A stretch of 64,000 nt of DNA from Nitrososphaerota archaeon (GTDB taxonomy: Archaea; Thermoproteota; Nitrososphaeria; Nitrososphaerales; Nitrosopumilaceae). Below, in pieces: positions 29,508 to 39,574 of this stretch. Under the pieces are notes generated by a model that saw nothing but the letters and a program-made list of their open reading frames with translations, searched no databases and was not told where the DNA came from. The stretch covers positions 868,727-932,726 of the forward strand of contig JAGWFT010000001.1 in NCBI GenBank assembly GCA_028867755.1, written 5' to 3'. Position 1 is the first letter of the stretch; the number at the start of each line of letters is the position of its first letter. A program made the translations under genes and the position numbers.

Positions 29508-30612
29508 TTTTATTGACCTCAATTACTGCTGCATTTATTGCTTCTTCTATAGTGTCAAACATTTTTGTTCTAGACCCTTTTAGCATCTCTTTTGATTTGT
29601 CAGCCTCTGCACCTGACATTCTTGCAAAAACTGGCATATCAATTAACTTGTTTTCATATGCCTTGATAAATGCAGTAGCTACTGTTGTTGTCTTGACAAT
29701 TCCGCCATAAAGATTTACAAGTATTCCCTTGACTTTTTTCATTTTGCTAATCAAGGTGAGTGCTTCGTATACCGTATCAGTTGTTGCCCCTCCGCCGACA
29801 TCAAGAAAACATGCTGGTTTTCCTCCATTGTCAGAAAGCATGTCTAGTGTTGACATGACTAGGCCCGCTCCATTGCCTACTACGGCAATGTTTCCGTCAA
29901 GCTCTACTAGCGAAAAGCCACTCTTCTCAGCACGTTCCTCAAGCTCTGAGACCTCTTGGAACTTGCGCAGCTCGTCATGCCTGAACATGGAATTGTCATC
30001 AATTATCACCTTGCCGTCAAGGGCTACAATGGAATCATCTTTTAAAACTGCAAGAGGATTTATCTCTGCAAGCTCGACTTCTTTTTCTATTGTAATCTTG
30101 GATAATTTCTGAAGAATATCGATAAACTGTGCAAGCGCCTTGTCTTTTAGCCCCATCTCTTTGCCAACGTCTTCTGCAGTCTTTGTGTCCACATTGCCCA
30201 ATCCCACTTCGTGTATGATCTGGTTTTTGACAGACTCTATCTCCACTCCGCCTTCTGCAGAAGCTATTATTGTATAGCATCTCTTGCTTCGATTCAAAAA
30301 CAATGAAAGGTAAAGTTCTTTTTTGATGTCTGCCATCTTTTCAAGCAAGATTGCCCTTGTTTTTTCTCCCTTGACAACTTTTTGCATTATTTCTGGATAC
30401 TTTAATTCCAACTCGTCGGCGTTGTGGCATTTTTGAATGGCTCCCGCCTTTCCTCTTCCGCCTACTGCCATCTGGGCCTTGATTACAAATGGAAACCCAA
30501 TCTTTGCGGCATCCTTTCTGCCTTGCTCGATATCAGTTGATGTTAATCCCTGTGGGATTGGAATATTGTAATCTGCAAATAACGACTTGGCTTGATACTC
30601 AAGTAAACGCAT
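29500..30612 (-). CDS. sucC: Succinate--CoA ligase beta subunit
   Basis: LLEYQAK, GGRGKAG, EINPL, GNGAGL, FLDVGGG. Confidence 0.96.
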   Translation of the reverse strand: MRLLEYQAKSLFADYNIPIPQGLTSTDIEQGRKDAAKIGFPFVIKAQMAVGGRGKAGAIQKCHNADELELKYPEIMQKVVKGEKTRAILLEKMADIKKELYLSLFLNRSKRCYTIIASAEGGVEIESVKNQIIHEVGLGNVDTKTAEDVGKEMGLKDKALAQFIDILQKLSKITIEKEVELAEINPLAVLKDDSIVALDGKVIIDDNSMFRHDELRKFQEVSELEERAEKSGFSLVELDGNIAVVGNGAGLVMSTLDMLSDNGGKPACFLDVGGGATTDTVYEALTLISKMKKVKGILVNLYGGIVKTTTVATAFIKAYENKLIDMPVFARMSGAEADKSKEMLKGSRTKMFDTIEEAINAAVIEVNKNG

Positions 30613-30803
30613 GGAAGAATTTCATTTTCATGGTCTTTATAAACGCTGAATATAGACTATAACAAACAACGATCTGCCAAATCCCATCCACAATCTAAAA
30701 GACTTTTTAAAGTATGCTTTTTGTGGTTTAAAAAAGCCTAAAGACACTGAATGTGTCATTATTTCATACAAAAATAAAAAAGAGGATGACGTTCCATTAA
30801 AAC

Positions 30804-31412
30804 CTAGTTCTGGCCTGGAGGTCCACAATGAATGTGGTTTGTGTCACCAAAGCCGTTACCGGGATAACAGGTGTAGGAAACTGTGACCGAATATCCTTTG
30901 GTGTTATCTCCGTAAAAGTTGTCGTTGAATCCTAGCGTTAATGGGCCAGATTGACCTGTTATGGTAGATGATGTACCTAGTTGAAAGAAAGTTCCCGAAC
31001 CTCCTTGGCCAACTAAGCTAAATGCGGTCAAGTTTGGTGCTAGAAAATCTGATCCTGCAGTGCTTGGTCCTACATATCCACATGAATCATCAGGTGCACC
31101 AATGCCTGTACCACTGCCACTTGCATCGGAAGCTGCGCTACAACCACCTGCTCCATCGCCAGTTGCCCAAATTGCATCACCAGTAACAGTTACTGTGTAG
31201 GAACCAGTAGGAACTAGATTTATTCCTGTATTGACAAGTCCTGAACCTCCAAATGAGGGCAGAGTTGCACTTTGTGCAGAGACAAAGAAGGTTTGAGTGA
31301 TTGTTTGTGGGCCGTGAGCCGTGTTTGATGTTGCAAATACCAAATTTGGTGATATGATAGTCAGAACAAGAACAGCTCCAATGATAGTCATTGTGATAAT
31401 TTTGTTTGTCAT
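30804..31412 (-). CDS. Secreted Gly/Ser/Thr-rich protein with LecA/PA-IL-like lectin fold
   Basis: Signal peptide; SGPLTLGFNDNFYGDNTKGYSVTV resembles the LecA Ca-binding strand-loop (ITLIYND..YGNNSGSFSV). Confidence 0.6.
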   Translation of the reverse strand: MTNKIITMTIIGAVLVLTIISPNLVFATSNTAHGPQTITQTFFVSAQSATLPSFGGSGLVNTGINLVPTGSYTVTVTGDAIWATGDGAGGCSAASDASGSGTGIGAPDDSCGYVGPSTAGSDFLAPNLTAFSLVGQGGSGTFFQLGTSSTITGQSGPLTLGFNDNFYGDNTKGYSVTVSYTCYPGNGFGDTNHIHCGPPGQN

Positions 31413-31611
31413 TGTTAGAATAATGTTCTATCAGTATTTCAATATTATCAATATTGTTACCATACGTATTGCAAGTTTAATGGTTAATGCAGCTTATTTC
31501 AGCTTGATCTTTTGGTAGTTTTTTATTTTGGTCTTTATAATCTGTATGTTGGGCGCTAGTGATTTAGTTGATCCCATAACTACCTAAGTACGATGACGCC
31601 CACCAATTATC

Positions 31612-31731
31612 ATGTCCGCTTTTATAACTGGCTCATGCATGAAGTGCGGATACCAAGCAAAACCGCGAAAACATAATTCTGCTGATGTGGGGGTTTATAC
31701 TTGTCCAGTCTGTCACAACGAATTGACATAA
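31612..31731 (+). CDS. 39-aa Zn-ribbon microprotein (not in ORF track)
   Basis: MSAFITGSCMKCGYQAKPRKHNSADVGVYTCPVCHNELT; CTAAGTA TATA-like box about 25 nt upstream. Confidence 0.6.
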   Translation: MSAFITGSCMKCGYQAKPRKHNSADVGVYTCPVCHNELT

Positions 31732-32097
31732 AAATTTCATTCTTTGGGCACGTGTAATACCGAACATTGTTACTTAACACAGTTCAACAATGGTTTTATT
31801 TTAAATCAAGAAATGATACATATGAAGAACAGAAAAAAAGAGTTCGAGTTTGGAGATACGAATGTACGATTCTATCATCCAGTTATAGTGGGAAATTGAA
31901 TCGATCAGAAAACCGCGATCTTTTTCCTAAAATCCCATCGGATTTTACCTCAATCCACTGACAACACATGTTCAAAATTAGGGATTCAGACCTGTGTAAG
32001 GACTCGTACCAAAAATAGGTTTAAACCAGAATTTGCGATAAAAAGGCAGACCTGTTACTAGAGATTGTAAATCTCATTGAATTTTAATTATATGAAA

Positions 32098-32598
32098 TTA
32101 AGAACCGTATTGTTTGTGAGCCAATTTAGGAAACAATTTTTCTAATGTTTCCATTGCCTTTTGTTCACTTGTCTGCTTTGCTTTTTCAAGATTGACTTTT
32201 GTGTTGTTTCCTGATTCGTTTGTACTGGTATAATTAAACTGTTCATAGCTAATCTTTGCAGAAAAATTTTTCTTCGTTGAGCCAATTGTTTCTAGATATT
32301 GTTTAGCTTTTTCTTCACTTGCCTGTTTAGCTTTTTCTATCTCAGCATTTCTGTCTTTGGTTGATTGCCCTGCAGTGGTATAATTGAGATTCCCATAGCC
32401 CGATTTTATTCCAAGGTTCTTGAGATACTCTTCGGCATGCTCTTCATTTAATTTTTTTAGTTTGTTTAATTCATTTACACTGTTAATATCTGCAAAGACA
32501 TACTGAATCGGATTGCAAAGAACAGAGACAAGTAGTATTGAGATAGAAATCGCTGCTATAACTTTCAAATTTTCTGTCTTGGCCATCTCGGGTGTCAT
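32098..32598 (-). CDS. Secreted/membrane-anchored helical repeat protein
   Basis: N-terminal hydrophobic helix; two NYT...EKAKQ.SE.KA...LE repeats. Confidence 0.7.
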   Translation of the reverse strand: MTPEMAKTENLKVIAAISISILLVSVLCNPIQYVFADINSVNELNKLKKLNEEHAEEYLKNLGIKSGYGNLNYTTAGQSTKDRNAEIEKAKQASEEKAKQYLETIGSTKKNFSAKISYEQFNYTSTNESGNNTKVNLEKAKQTSEQKAMETLEKLFPKLAHKQYGS

Positions 32599-32924
32599 CT
32601 AAACTGCTCTTCGAGCAAATCTACACAAGTAAGTAAGAGATCTCTGCTTTTCTTTACAAGCCAGCCTGGGAATTCTTCTATCGTAAAAACTAGTTGTTGC
32701 TGAAAACTTGGTGGTATGCCTCCTCCTGACGTTACCACCTGCACTATGACATAATCATCAGTTAGCGTACAGACTGTCTCCTGATACGACTCTCCTTCCT
32801 CTTCCATTGTTGTCCTGTATAGTACTATTGGTATTTTTGTTCTTGCCACGTGAGCAGAGCCCTTTTTTAACAATACCTGAAAGTGAGACAGCAGCCAGCC
32901 ATCAAGTGTAATCTGTTTTGGCAT
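32595..32924 (-). CDS. Hypothetical protein
   Basis: 109-aa ORF directly downstream of ileS, 4-nt overlap with next gene. Confidence 0.7.
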   Translation of the reverse strand: MPKQITLDGWLLSHFQVLLKKGSAHVARTKIPIVLYRTTMEEEGESYQETVCTLTDDYVIVQVVTSGGGIPPSFQQQLVFTIEEFPGWLVKKSRDLLLTCVDLLEEQFR

Positions 32925-32969
32925 GATAACTGATCTCTATCTAATTATTTAATTGAAATGGATAAAACG

Positions 32970-35900
32970 CTACTCAATAGAGATTTGTATCTTTTGACCA
33001 TCAAGATCCTCATCTTTGTAGCTTTTGGCCTTGTCTGAAAATTCAACTCTTTTTGCCCTCACAAGAAAGGCAAGCTCGGATTGTTTCTCCTTGACCATCT
33101 CAAGTGAGTCGTCATCAAGGCCTAGTATGTATGCAGCATCCAAGACATCAGTTGGGTTGTATGCACGCTCCTTTCTGAGCACCTGCAATCGTCTTGCAAT
33201 GTCTCGAACCAGCCCGCGTACCATCATCTCACGGTTTCTTGCCGTGTTGATAAATACAATGAGCGAATCACGCCTTGCCATGGCGTATCCATCTTGCTCT
33301 GCAAAATCTATTACAAAATCATCTCTGTCAAGCTCGATCTTGTTGTTGCCAAGATCAAATGTGTAGGACCCTTTTTTCAATAATGCATCTACAATTGCAT
33401 CTTGTGCAGTCTGCGAGAACTTTGCTACAAGGCTTCCCATGTCTTGCTTTGCCTTTGGCCCTATCTTCTTTCGTTCAAGTTCCACTTTTGGAACAATCGG
33501 TAATTTTGCATTCATTAGATTTGCTATTAGCTCAAGTCCTTCTGATTTTGGTAATTCCACTATACGGTATTTTTCTACGTTGAGCTGCTGTATCATCAGG
33601 TCTGACAAGGACTCTAGTTTTTGTTTTTGTGATGGTTCGACACATATGATTGCCTCATTTAGGGGCCATCTTCGTTTCAATTTTCCTTTCATTCTTGCTG
33701 CAGAAGAAATCGAGACTGCTTCTTTCATCAGGTCAAATGATTCTTCTACTTTATCACTGACAAGTGACTTCTGCGGGGCAGGAAAGTCTTCTAAGAGTAT
33801 GTTCTTTTTTTCAGAAAACATGGCAGAGTGCAAGTATTGAGTTGTAAATGGGCAAATAGGATGAATCAAAATATCTAGTGTTCTTAAGATCTCATACAGT
33901 GTGGCATAAATTGCAAGCCTTCGCTCTCGCAGTGAGTCGTCTTCTGCCCATAACTCTTCTCTTGTAATTGGGATGTAGACTTGGCTTACGGAATTTATGA
34001 TATAGTCGTCAATTGCTTTTGCTGCCTCGTGAAACCTGCACCTGTCTTGTGATTCAATCACAGAAGAAATTAGTTTTTGAAGTTTTGAGAGTATCCACAC
34101 CTCTGGCTCTTTTAGTAGGTTCTTGTCTTTTGCCCACTGGACTGTAAATGACTTGTCATACTTGTCATACTCACTATTTTGTTTTAGGTAGATGTGCAAG
34201 TGATATAGTGTGCTAAGAATCTGGTAGGGTCTTGAAACAAGCTCGTCTGTGCTAAAGTTAAGAGGCTCAATTGGACTTGCCTTCCACATGAAATACAGGC
34301 GAATCAAATCAACTGGATACTTGTTCATTAACTCTATTGCATCTAGTACGTTTCCCTGACTCTTGCTCATCTTGTTGCCGTTCTTGTCAAGAACATGTCC
34401 CTGAAAGAGAAATGACTTGAATGGTGCAACAGGAGCGTTGTTGAATATTACATTTTCAATTAATAGTGTGTATGCCCATCCTCTTGTCTGGTCTATTCCT
34501 TCGGTAAGAAATACTGCAGGGATGTACTCTTTGTAATCACTGTCGGCAAGCGATGCATATGGTGCGGCTCCGCTGTTGTGCCATGTATCCAAAACAAACT
34601 GCTCTCGCTCCATCTTTGATTTGCATTTGTTGCAGTTTATTCCAACCTTGTCTATCCATGGTCTGTGCAGCTCAAAGCTTGGCCCGTCGGGAAGATCTGA
34701 TGACGCCTTGATTATCTCGTCTCTTGAGAAGAACCACTTTTGGTTTCCACAGTTTTTGCAATTCCAAAGAGGAAGCGGGCATCCCCAGATGCGCTCCCTT
34801 GAGATGCACCATGGGTGCTTGTCCTTGATTATCTCTACAAATCTGTTTTTTGGGGGCTCAAAAAAATATTCTACATTTTCTGCAGCCTTTACTGCCTTGT
34901 CTTCTAATCTGTCAAGAAAATAAAAAAATCCCCTTCTTGCAAGCCAGAGAAGCTTGTGCTGTGATCTCCAGCACAATGGATACTGGTGCTTTATCTTTCC
35001 TATCTTCACAAGGGCGTTTTTTTCCTTGATAGAGTTTACTATCTTGTCGTCTGCATCGCGCACAAAGAGGCCCTCGTAGACGCCTGCATCTTTTGTAAAT
35101 TTTGCCTCGTCGTTTATAGGGTTAAAGATTGGTATCTTTCTTTTTGTTGCAATCTCAAAGTCCTCTTCGCCGTTTGCAGGAGACAGGTGTACAAGGCCGC
35201 TTCCTGTCTGTACATCTACAAAGTTTTCTGATACTATGATATGAAAATTAGGAAGCTTGGAGCGTTCCTTGAGCCCGGGGATCTCGTCTAGCAGCGGGTG
35301 GATGTATTTTTTTCCTTCAAGTGTTGCACCCTTTACCTCTTTTACAATATGGTGCTCCTCGACACGTGCCTCCTTTACGAACTCCTCTAGGCGGCTCTTG
35401 CCGACAACCCATGTCTCGTCGCCAACCTTTGCGTGGACATAATCCTCGTCTGGATTTACTCCAACCATTGTATCAGTGACCAGAGTGAACGGCATTGTAG
35501 TCCAGACAATAAGGTACAGGTCCTCGTCTTGCATCTTTACCTTGTAGTAGAGTGATGGGTCCTGGACGGTGTCATATCCTTGGTTTACTTCGGCATGACT
35601 CAGAGATGTCTGGCAGCTTGGGCAGTATGCCACCACCTTGTATGCTTCTGAGAGAATTCCACTCTCATGGGCTTTTTTTAGGTACTTCCATTCTCGTTCT
35701 ATGTACTCATCTTTGTATGTCCAGTATGCATTTTTTTGGTTAAACGACATTCCAAGTAATTTATCTGACTCTAGCCATCTCTCGTTGAATTGATGCACAA
35801 TCTTTTTGCACTCTAAAACAATTTTCTCCACTCCTGCAGATTCTATGACCTGGGACTTGCTTCCTGAGATGCCAAGCTCTTTTTCAGCCTGTAGCTCAAC

Positions 35901-36167
35901 TGGGAGACCCTGTGTGTCCCATCCTGCATTGAAGATTATCTTGTATCCTCGCAGTGTCATGTACCTGTACCACAGATCCTTCATCACTCTTCCGCGAAGA
36001 TGGCCTGCATGCGGAATGCCGTTCATGGTAGGAGGGCCTTCTATGAATACAGTTTTTTTTGTTTTATTTGTAGACTCAAAAATTAATTTTTCTAAATCAA
36101 TACCTGACAGCTGCCGCTTTACTTCTTCTTCTACTTTCTTTGGATTAAACTCTGTTGAAATCTGCAT
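32970..36167 (-). CDS. ileS: Isoleucine--tRNA ligase
   Basis: EGPPTMNGIPHAGH, GWDTQGLPVE, WTTMPFTL, WCISRER.WG, KMSKS. Confidence 0.97.
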   Translation of the reverse strand: MQISTEFNPKKVEEEVKRQLSGIDLEKLIFESTNKTKKTVFIEGPPTMNGIPHAGHLRGRVMKDLWYRYMTLRGYKIIFNAGWDTQGLPVELQAEKELGISGSKSQVIESAGVEKIVLECKKIVHQFNERWLESDKLLGMSFNQKNAYWTYKDEYIEREWKYLKKAHESGILSEAYKVVAYCPSCQTSLSHAEVNQGYDTVQDPSLYYKVKMQDEDLYLIVWTTMPFTLVTDTMVGVNPDEDYVHAKVGDETWVVGKSRLEEFVKEARVEEHHIVKEVKGATLEGKKYIHPLLDEIPGLKERSKLPNFHIIVSENFVDVQTGSGLVHLSPANGEEDFEIATKRKIPIFNPINDEAKFTKDAGVYEGLFVRDADDKIVNSIKEKNALVKIGKIKHQYPLCWRSQHKLLWLARRGFFYFLDRLEDKAVKAAENVEYFFEPPKNRFVEIIKDKHPWCISRERIWGCPLPLWNCKNCGNQKWFFSRDEIIKASSDLPDGPSFELHRPWIDKVGINCNKCKSKMEREQFVLDTWHNSGAAPYASLADSDYKEYIPAVFLTEGIDQTRGWAYTLLIENVIFNNAPVAPFKSFLFQGHVLDKNGNKMSKSQGNVLDAIELMNKYPVDLIRLYFMWKASPIEPLNFSTDELVSRPYQILSTLYHLHIYLKQNSEYDKYDKSFTVQWAKDKNLLKEPEVWILSKLQKLISSVIESQDRCRFHEAAKAIDDYIINSVSQVYIPITREELWAEDDSLRERRLAIYATLYEILRTLDILIHPICPFTTQYLHSAMFSEKKNILLEDFPAPQKSLVSDKVEESFDLMKEAVSISSAARMKGKLKRRWPLNEAIICVEPSQKQKLESLSDLMIQQLNVEKYRIVELPKSEGLELIANLMNAKLPIVPKVELERKKIGPKAKQDMGSLVAKFSQTAQDAIVDALLKKGSYTFDLGNNKIELDRDDFVIDFAEQDGYAMARRDSLIVFINTARNREMMVRGLVRDIARRLQVLRKERAYNPTDVLDAAYILGLDDDSLEMVKEKQSELAFLVRAKRVEFSDKAKSYKDEDLDGQKIQISIE

Positions 36168-36283
36168 TAACAGATGGTGATAATTTTACTGATTTAATAA
36201 AGGTACAAAGTTGGAATCTGTTATATTGTATTTATGATAAAATTCCCCTTTTGCTAACCCGAAGCTTTTTTGCTTCTCTCTGG

Positions 36284-36682
36284 CTATGTCCATACTTTGA
36301 TTGAACCTTTTTTGTATTTCTCGTACAGCCCTATCTTGTATAGCTTCTTTTCTAGTTCCTTTTTGAGCTCTTTTGGTATTGCTATATGAAGAGGAATGTC
36401 CTTGCCATCCATCTCTCTGCCTGTAAATGCCTTCAATTGCGCATCTATGTTTGGGTCGTCTTTGAGGCTAGTTTTTGCCTCGCCAAAATGTCGTAATGCT
36501 CCCTTCATTCCTTCCAAGTCTGGAGTCTGTCCATCTCTTTCCTTTGGCTTTGGAAGAGACCTGTATCTCTCATCAAAATATTCTGGTGTCTTGTCTATGT
36601 CGATGTGTGTTATTGTTATTCCCTGTGATTCCATGGTGTTTGCCAGGGAGTTTACCAATCTCTGATGCTCATCTGATGTCAT
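36284..36682 (-). CDS. Small protein with PD-(D/E)xK-like motif
   Basis: TPDLEG...HFGEAKT spacing. Confidence 0.55.
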   Translation of the reverse strand: MTSDEHQRLVNSLANTMESQGITITHIDIDKTPEYFDERYRSLPKPKERDGQTPDLEGMKGALRHFGEAKTSLKDDPNIDAQLKAFTGREMDGKDIPLHIAIPKELKKELEKKLYKIGLYEKYKKGSIKVWT

Positions 36683-36863
36683 GTTGATAACACCACCATA
36701 TGATAAAATCTAGGTATTATTTGATTTGTTAGATGTTCTTGCTTTGTGGATTGTGGGCGAATTTTTTTGTATTGATATTTTTTTGAAAAAAAAATTTGCC
36801 TATTTTATAATATCAAGACGCAAAATTAGGAAGGGAAAGTCTAGCCGCTTTCCCTAATCTTTT

Positions 36864-37097
36864 CTATGTAGCTCTAAAAACGAATGCTAGATAGCCTACC
36901 AAAACGCCTGCGGACATTAGACCTGCTGACTCGTAAAAACCCACGACATTGCTTCCTCCACCGTATCCTCCAGCTTCTGGGTTGATGCCAAATATGATAG
37001 TAAAACAGCAAGCCAACATTATGGCTACTGCTATTGGCAGGTACTCATCATGGCGTTTTCTTTGTTGCACTTTGCCAGACGAATCGTATGTTGACAT
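36864..37097 (-). CDS. Small two-TM membrane protein
   Basis: Two hydrophobic segments separated by a Gly-rich loop; start trimmed to MSTYDSS. Confidence 0.55.
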   Translation of the reverse strand: MSTYDSSGKVQQRKRHDEYLPIAVAIMLACCFTIIFGINPEAGGYGGGSNVVGFYESAGLMSAGVLVGYLAFVFRAT

Positions 37098-37195
37098 TGC
37101 CTCCCATACGTTATACATAGATATAGAGATATTCTGAATTTTTAGCACAAATATACAGATAAATGCTTAATTATTGAACAAATGTGCATTATTGT

Positions 37196-37642
37196 ATGGC
37201 AGTTGACGATCTGGATAGGCGTATACTAGAAGAACTGTTGAAGAACTCAAAGCGCTCGTACAGGCAACTTGCAGACGAGTTGAAGATTGCGCCTGGAACT
37301 GTTCTAAAAAGAATAAAGGACTTGGAATCAAGTGGGATAATCAAAAGCTATTCTGTGGTAATAGATCAAAGCAAACTAGGCTCGCAAATCATTGCCATAA
37401 TAGAAATACTTTCGTCAGGCGGGAAATTAGAAGAGATGGGAAAAAAGCTATCAAAACTGCCCAACATTTACTGTGTTTATGAAACCACTGGCTCCCCTGA
37501 TGTGATCATAATTGGAAAATTCAGGGATACTGACGAGCTTAGCAAGTTTGCAAGATATCTTTTAGGGCTGCCGTCTGTTAGCAGAACAAATACACATGTG
37601 GTGCTAAATACAGTCAAGGAAGATTTTAGAATTTTAATCTAG
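37196..37642 (+). CDS. Lrp/AsnC family transcription regulator
   Basis: DDLDRRILEELLKNSKRSYRQLA...RIKDLE.SGIIK; C-terminal RAM domain ETTG..D. Confidence 0.93.
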   Translation: MAVDDLDRRILEELLKNSKRSYRQLADELKIAPGTVLKRIKDLESSGIIKSYSVVIDQSKLGSQIIAIIEILSSGGKLEEMGKKLSKLPNIYCVYETTGSPDVIIIGKFRDTDELSKFARYLLGLPSVSRTNTHVVLNTVKEDFRILI

Positions 37643-37670
37643 TCTGAAAAATACTTTTTGTAGTTCTGGC

Positions 37671-38843
37671 TTAGCTTAGTGCTATTTTGGAATCTACCTT
37701 GATGTGTATTTTTTCGCCAGTGTGTTGGTGGTCGTTGTAAATCATCTTTGTCTTGATTCCCTTTTTATTTAGATACCCTTCAAGCAATAGTGCCCAAGGA
37801 ATAGAGTGACCGCTATTTACTTTGGATTCAATAACAAAGTGGTTGCCCTGAGATTCGTACCTTAGCTGACCTGAACATGTAATATCAAGCGTAGAATCAA
37901 CAAGCGTAATTATCTCGTCAAGTGTCTTTGATTGTAGATCAAGGCCATTTTTTTCCAAAAATGCCAAAATGTCCATTGCTTTGCCCTTTGAGCGCAGCAT
38001 TGTGTTTAGGACAAAACCCAAGCCATTCTCATTTATCAACTGGACTACCTTGAGCGTCTCTTGGGCGTCTGATTTTGTCATGTCTGATAAATTGTTAACC
38101 TTGATTCCATTCTTCCAGGCGTGGTCAAAAGTCTTGACCTGGTTTGTGCCAAGAACATCAGTTGACAGAAATATCGCGCCCTTGCCGTTGCTGCTATTTA
38201 TCATAAGAATCTCAGAATCATCAAAAGTGATGACGTTTTGAGAAACTTCGGCAGTTTTTAATTTTATTTCTGCTGGCAAGTCGTGGAAGGCATCAGTGCC
38301 TACAAGATTTGACGGAATCACTATCTTGACATCTATGTTTCTTCTAAGCGCAGCCAAGAGTTCTTCCTTGCACTGTGCAATAAGGCCAAGTCCCCAAGAA
38401 TCAATTATTGCATGAATTGATGTCTTTGAGCCCTCTATCATTGACTGGAATTGTTTGAAAACATAATTCTGGGCAAGATGGAAATATCTTTTTTCTTCTG
38501 ATCCCCTTGCCTTCTTGCTGTCCTCGCTGAGTTTTTTTAATTTGGTAATTAGGCTGTTCATTGCATTTACCCGATTTATCTGCTCTTGAATTATCTCATC
38601 AAATGCATCTTCTGGGGCAATTGCAGTACACATTATTGGCTTGCTTTTTGATATTATTGTAATCTTCTTTTTTTCAAGTTTTAGTAATGTTGGATAAACT
38701 TTGGTTCTTGGCAAGTTGGAATAGTATGCAAGCTCGCCTGCAGAAATGGTGCCCTTTGTGATTAGCGTCACATAGGCCTGAGCCTCGTACTTGCTTAGGC
38801 CAAACTCTTCCAAGCTTACTGCTAAATCCTGCCCCTTGACCAT
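37671..38843 (-). CDS. TrmB family transcription regulator
   Basis: LEEFGLSKYEAQAY, LPRTKVYPTL..LEKK; sensor domain. Confidence 0.9.
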   Translation of the reverse strand: MVKGQDLAVSLEEFGLSKYEAQAYVTLITKGTISAGELAYYSNLPRTKVYPTLLKLEKKKITIISKSKPIMCTAIAPEDAFDEIIQEQINRVNAMNSLITKLKKLSEDSKKARGSEEKRYFHLAQNYVFKQFQSMIEGSKTSIHAIIDSWGLGLIAQCKEELLAALRRNIDVKIVIPSNLVGTDAFHDLPAEIKLKTAEVSQNVITFDDSEILMINSSNGKGAIFLSTDVLGTNQVKTFDHAWKNGIKVNNLSDMTKSDAQETLKVVQLINENGLGFVLNTMLRSKGKAMDILAFLEKNGLDLQSKTLDEIITLVDSTLDITCSGQLRYESQGNHFVIESKVNSGHSIPWALLLEGYLNKKGIKTKMIYNDHQHTGEKIHIKVDSKIALS

Positions 38844-39001
38844 GGCTGAGATTATCTATTTGCAAGGTAAGCTCAATAGCTAAATTCATTGAACAAAGGC
38901 TAGAAAAAATACTAAGCTGTAACTGCGCACTGCGTTACTGTGGTTACACAAGTTGTCGCTACATGGGTTTGATATATCAAAATCCAAAACCATATCTGAA
39001 A

Positions 39002-39565
39002 ATGGCAACTCAATCAAAATGGGTAATAGAAGATGAGACTAAAAATCAGATTGTTCGAGCAAGTACCATAAAACCTAGGATAGACTATGCAACCGAGATT
39101 GTAGACAAGACACTTGAGATCCTAGCACAAAAGAGACTTGACCTCAATAGGTCAAACCTGTCACTTTACAAGCAGTCAGATGGTGCCTCCGCATCTTTCA
39201 AGGTGCTTGAAGGGGGAGTAAGACACGAGCTTGAAATCTTGTATGCAATAGAGTCACTAAGGCAGGTAAGGCGAAGCCTTGATTGTATAGCGGGAATAGG
39301 AAATGTCCCTATTTCTCTTGCACCTACCATATCAATTGTAAGGGCAACTCGGTCAAGGATGCTTTCTATAATGCCTGCCCTTGACTTTCAACTAGGTGAG
39401 CTGTCACTTCTTTTGGGCGGGGTCATAATAGATGCAGCCCACATTGCAAGCTCTTGTCTGGACTTTGAGAGGGCAAACAAAGAATCAAGAATTTTACTTG
39501 ATGAAGCGAAGTTGATTGCCGACTCTAAAATATGCAAGCAGTTCCCTAATCTAGATTTACTGTAA
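39002..39565 (+). CDS. Divergent ESCRT-III/CdvB-like (Snf7) paralogue
   Basis: IGNVPISLAPTISIVR...MPALDFQLGELSLLLG resembles the thaumarchaeal CdvB core; two genes upstream of cdvC. Confidence 0.55.
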   Translation: MATQSKWVIEDETKNQIVRASTIKPRIDYATEIVDKTLEILAQKRLDLNRSNLSLYKQSDGASASFKVLEGGVRHELEILYAIESLRQVRRSLDCIAGIGNVPISLAPTISIVRATRSRMLSIMPALDFQLGELSLLLGGVIIDAAHIASSCLDFERANKESRILLDEAKLIADSKICKQFPNLDLL

Positions 39566-39574
39566 GGCCTTACC

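Noticed and set aside
31767-31961. 64-aa ORF
   Set aside because: No motif or clear promoter; possibly a decayed fragment.
31982-31995. GGATTCAGACCTGT, identical to 55959-55972, as a third att-like site
   Set aside because: Only 14 nt, which is expected by chance in 64 kb; it does not extend, lacks the in-frame stop and brackets no cassette.
36770-36800. T8-G-A9 inverted tract
   Set aside because: Low-complexity A/T run, at most a terminator.
38919-38938. GTAAC...GTTAC imperfect palindrome between the TrmB and ESCRT-III-like genes
   Set aside because: Arms are only 5 bp; too weak to call an operator.
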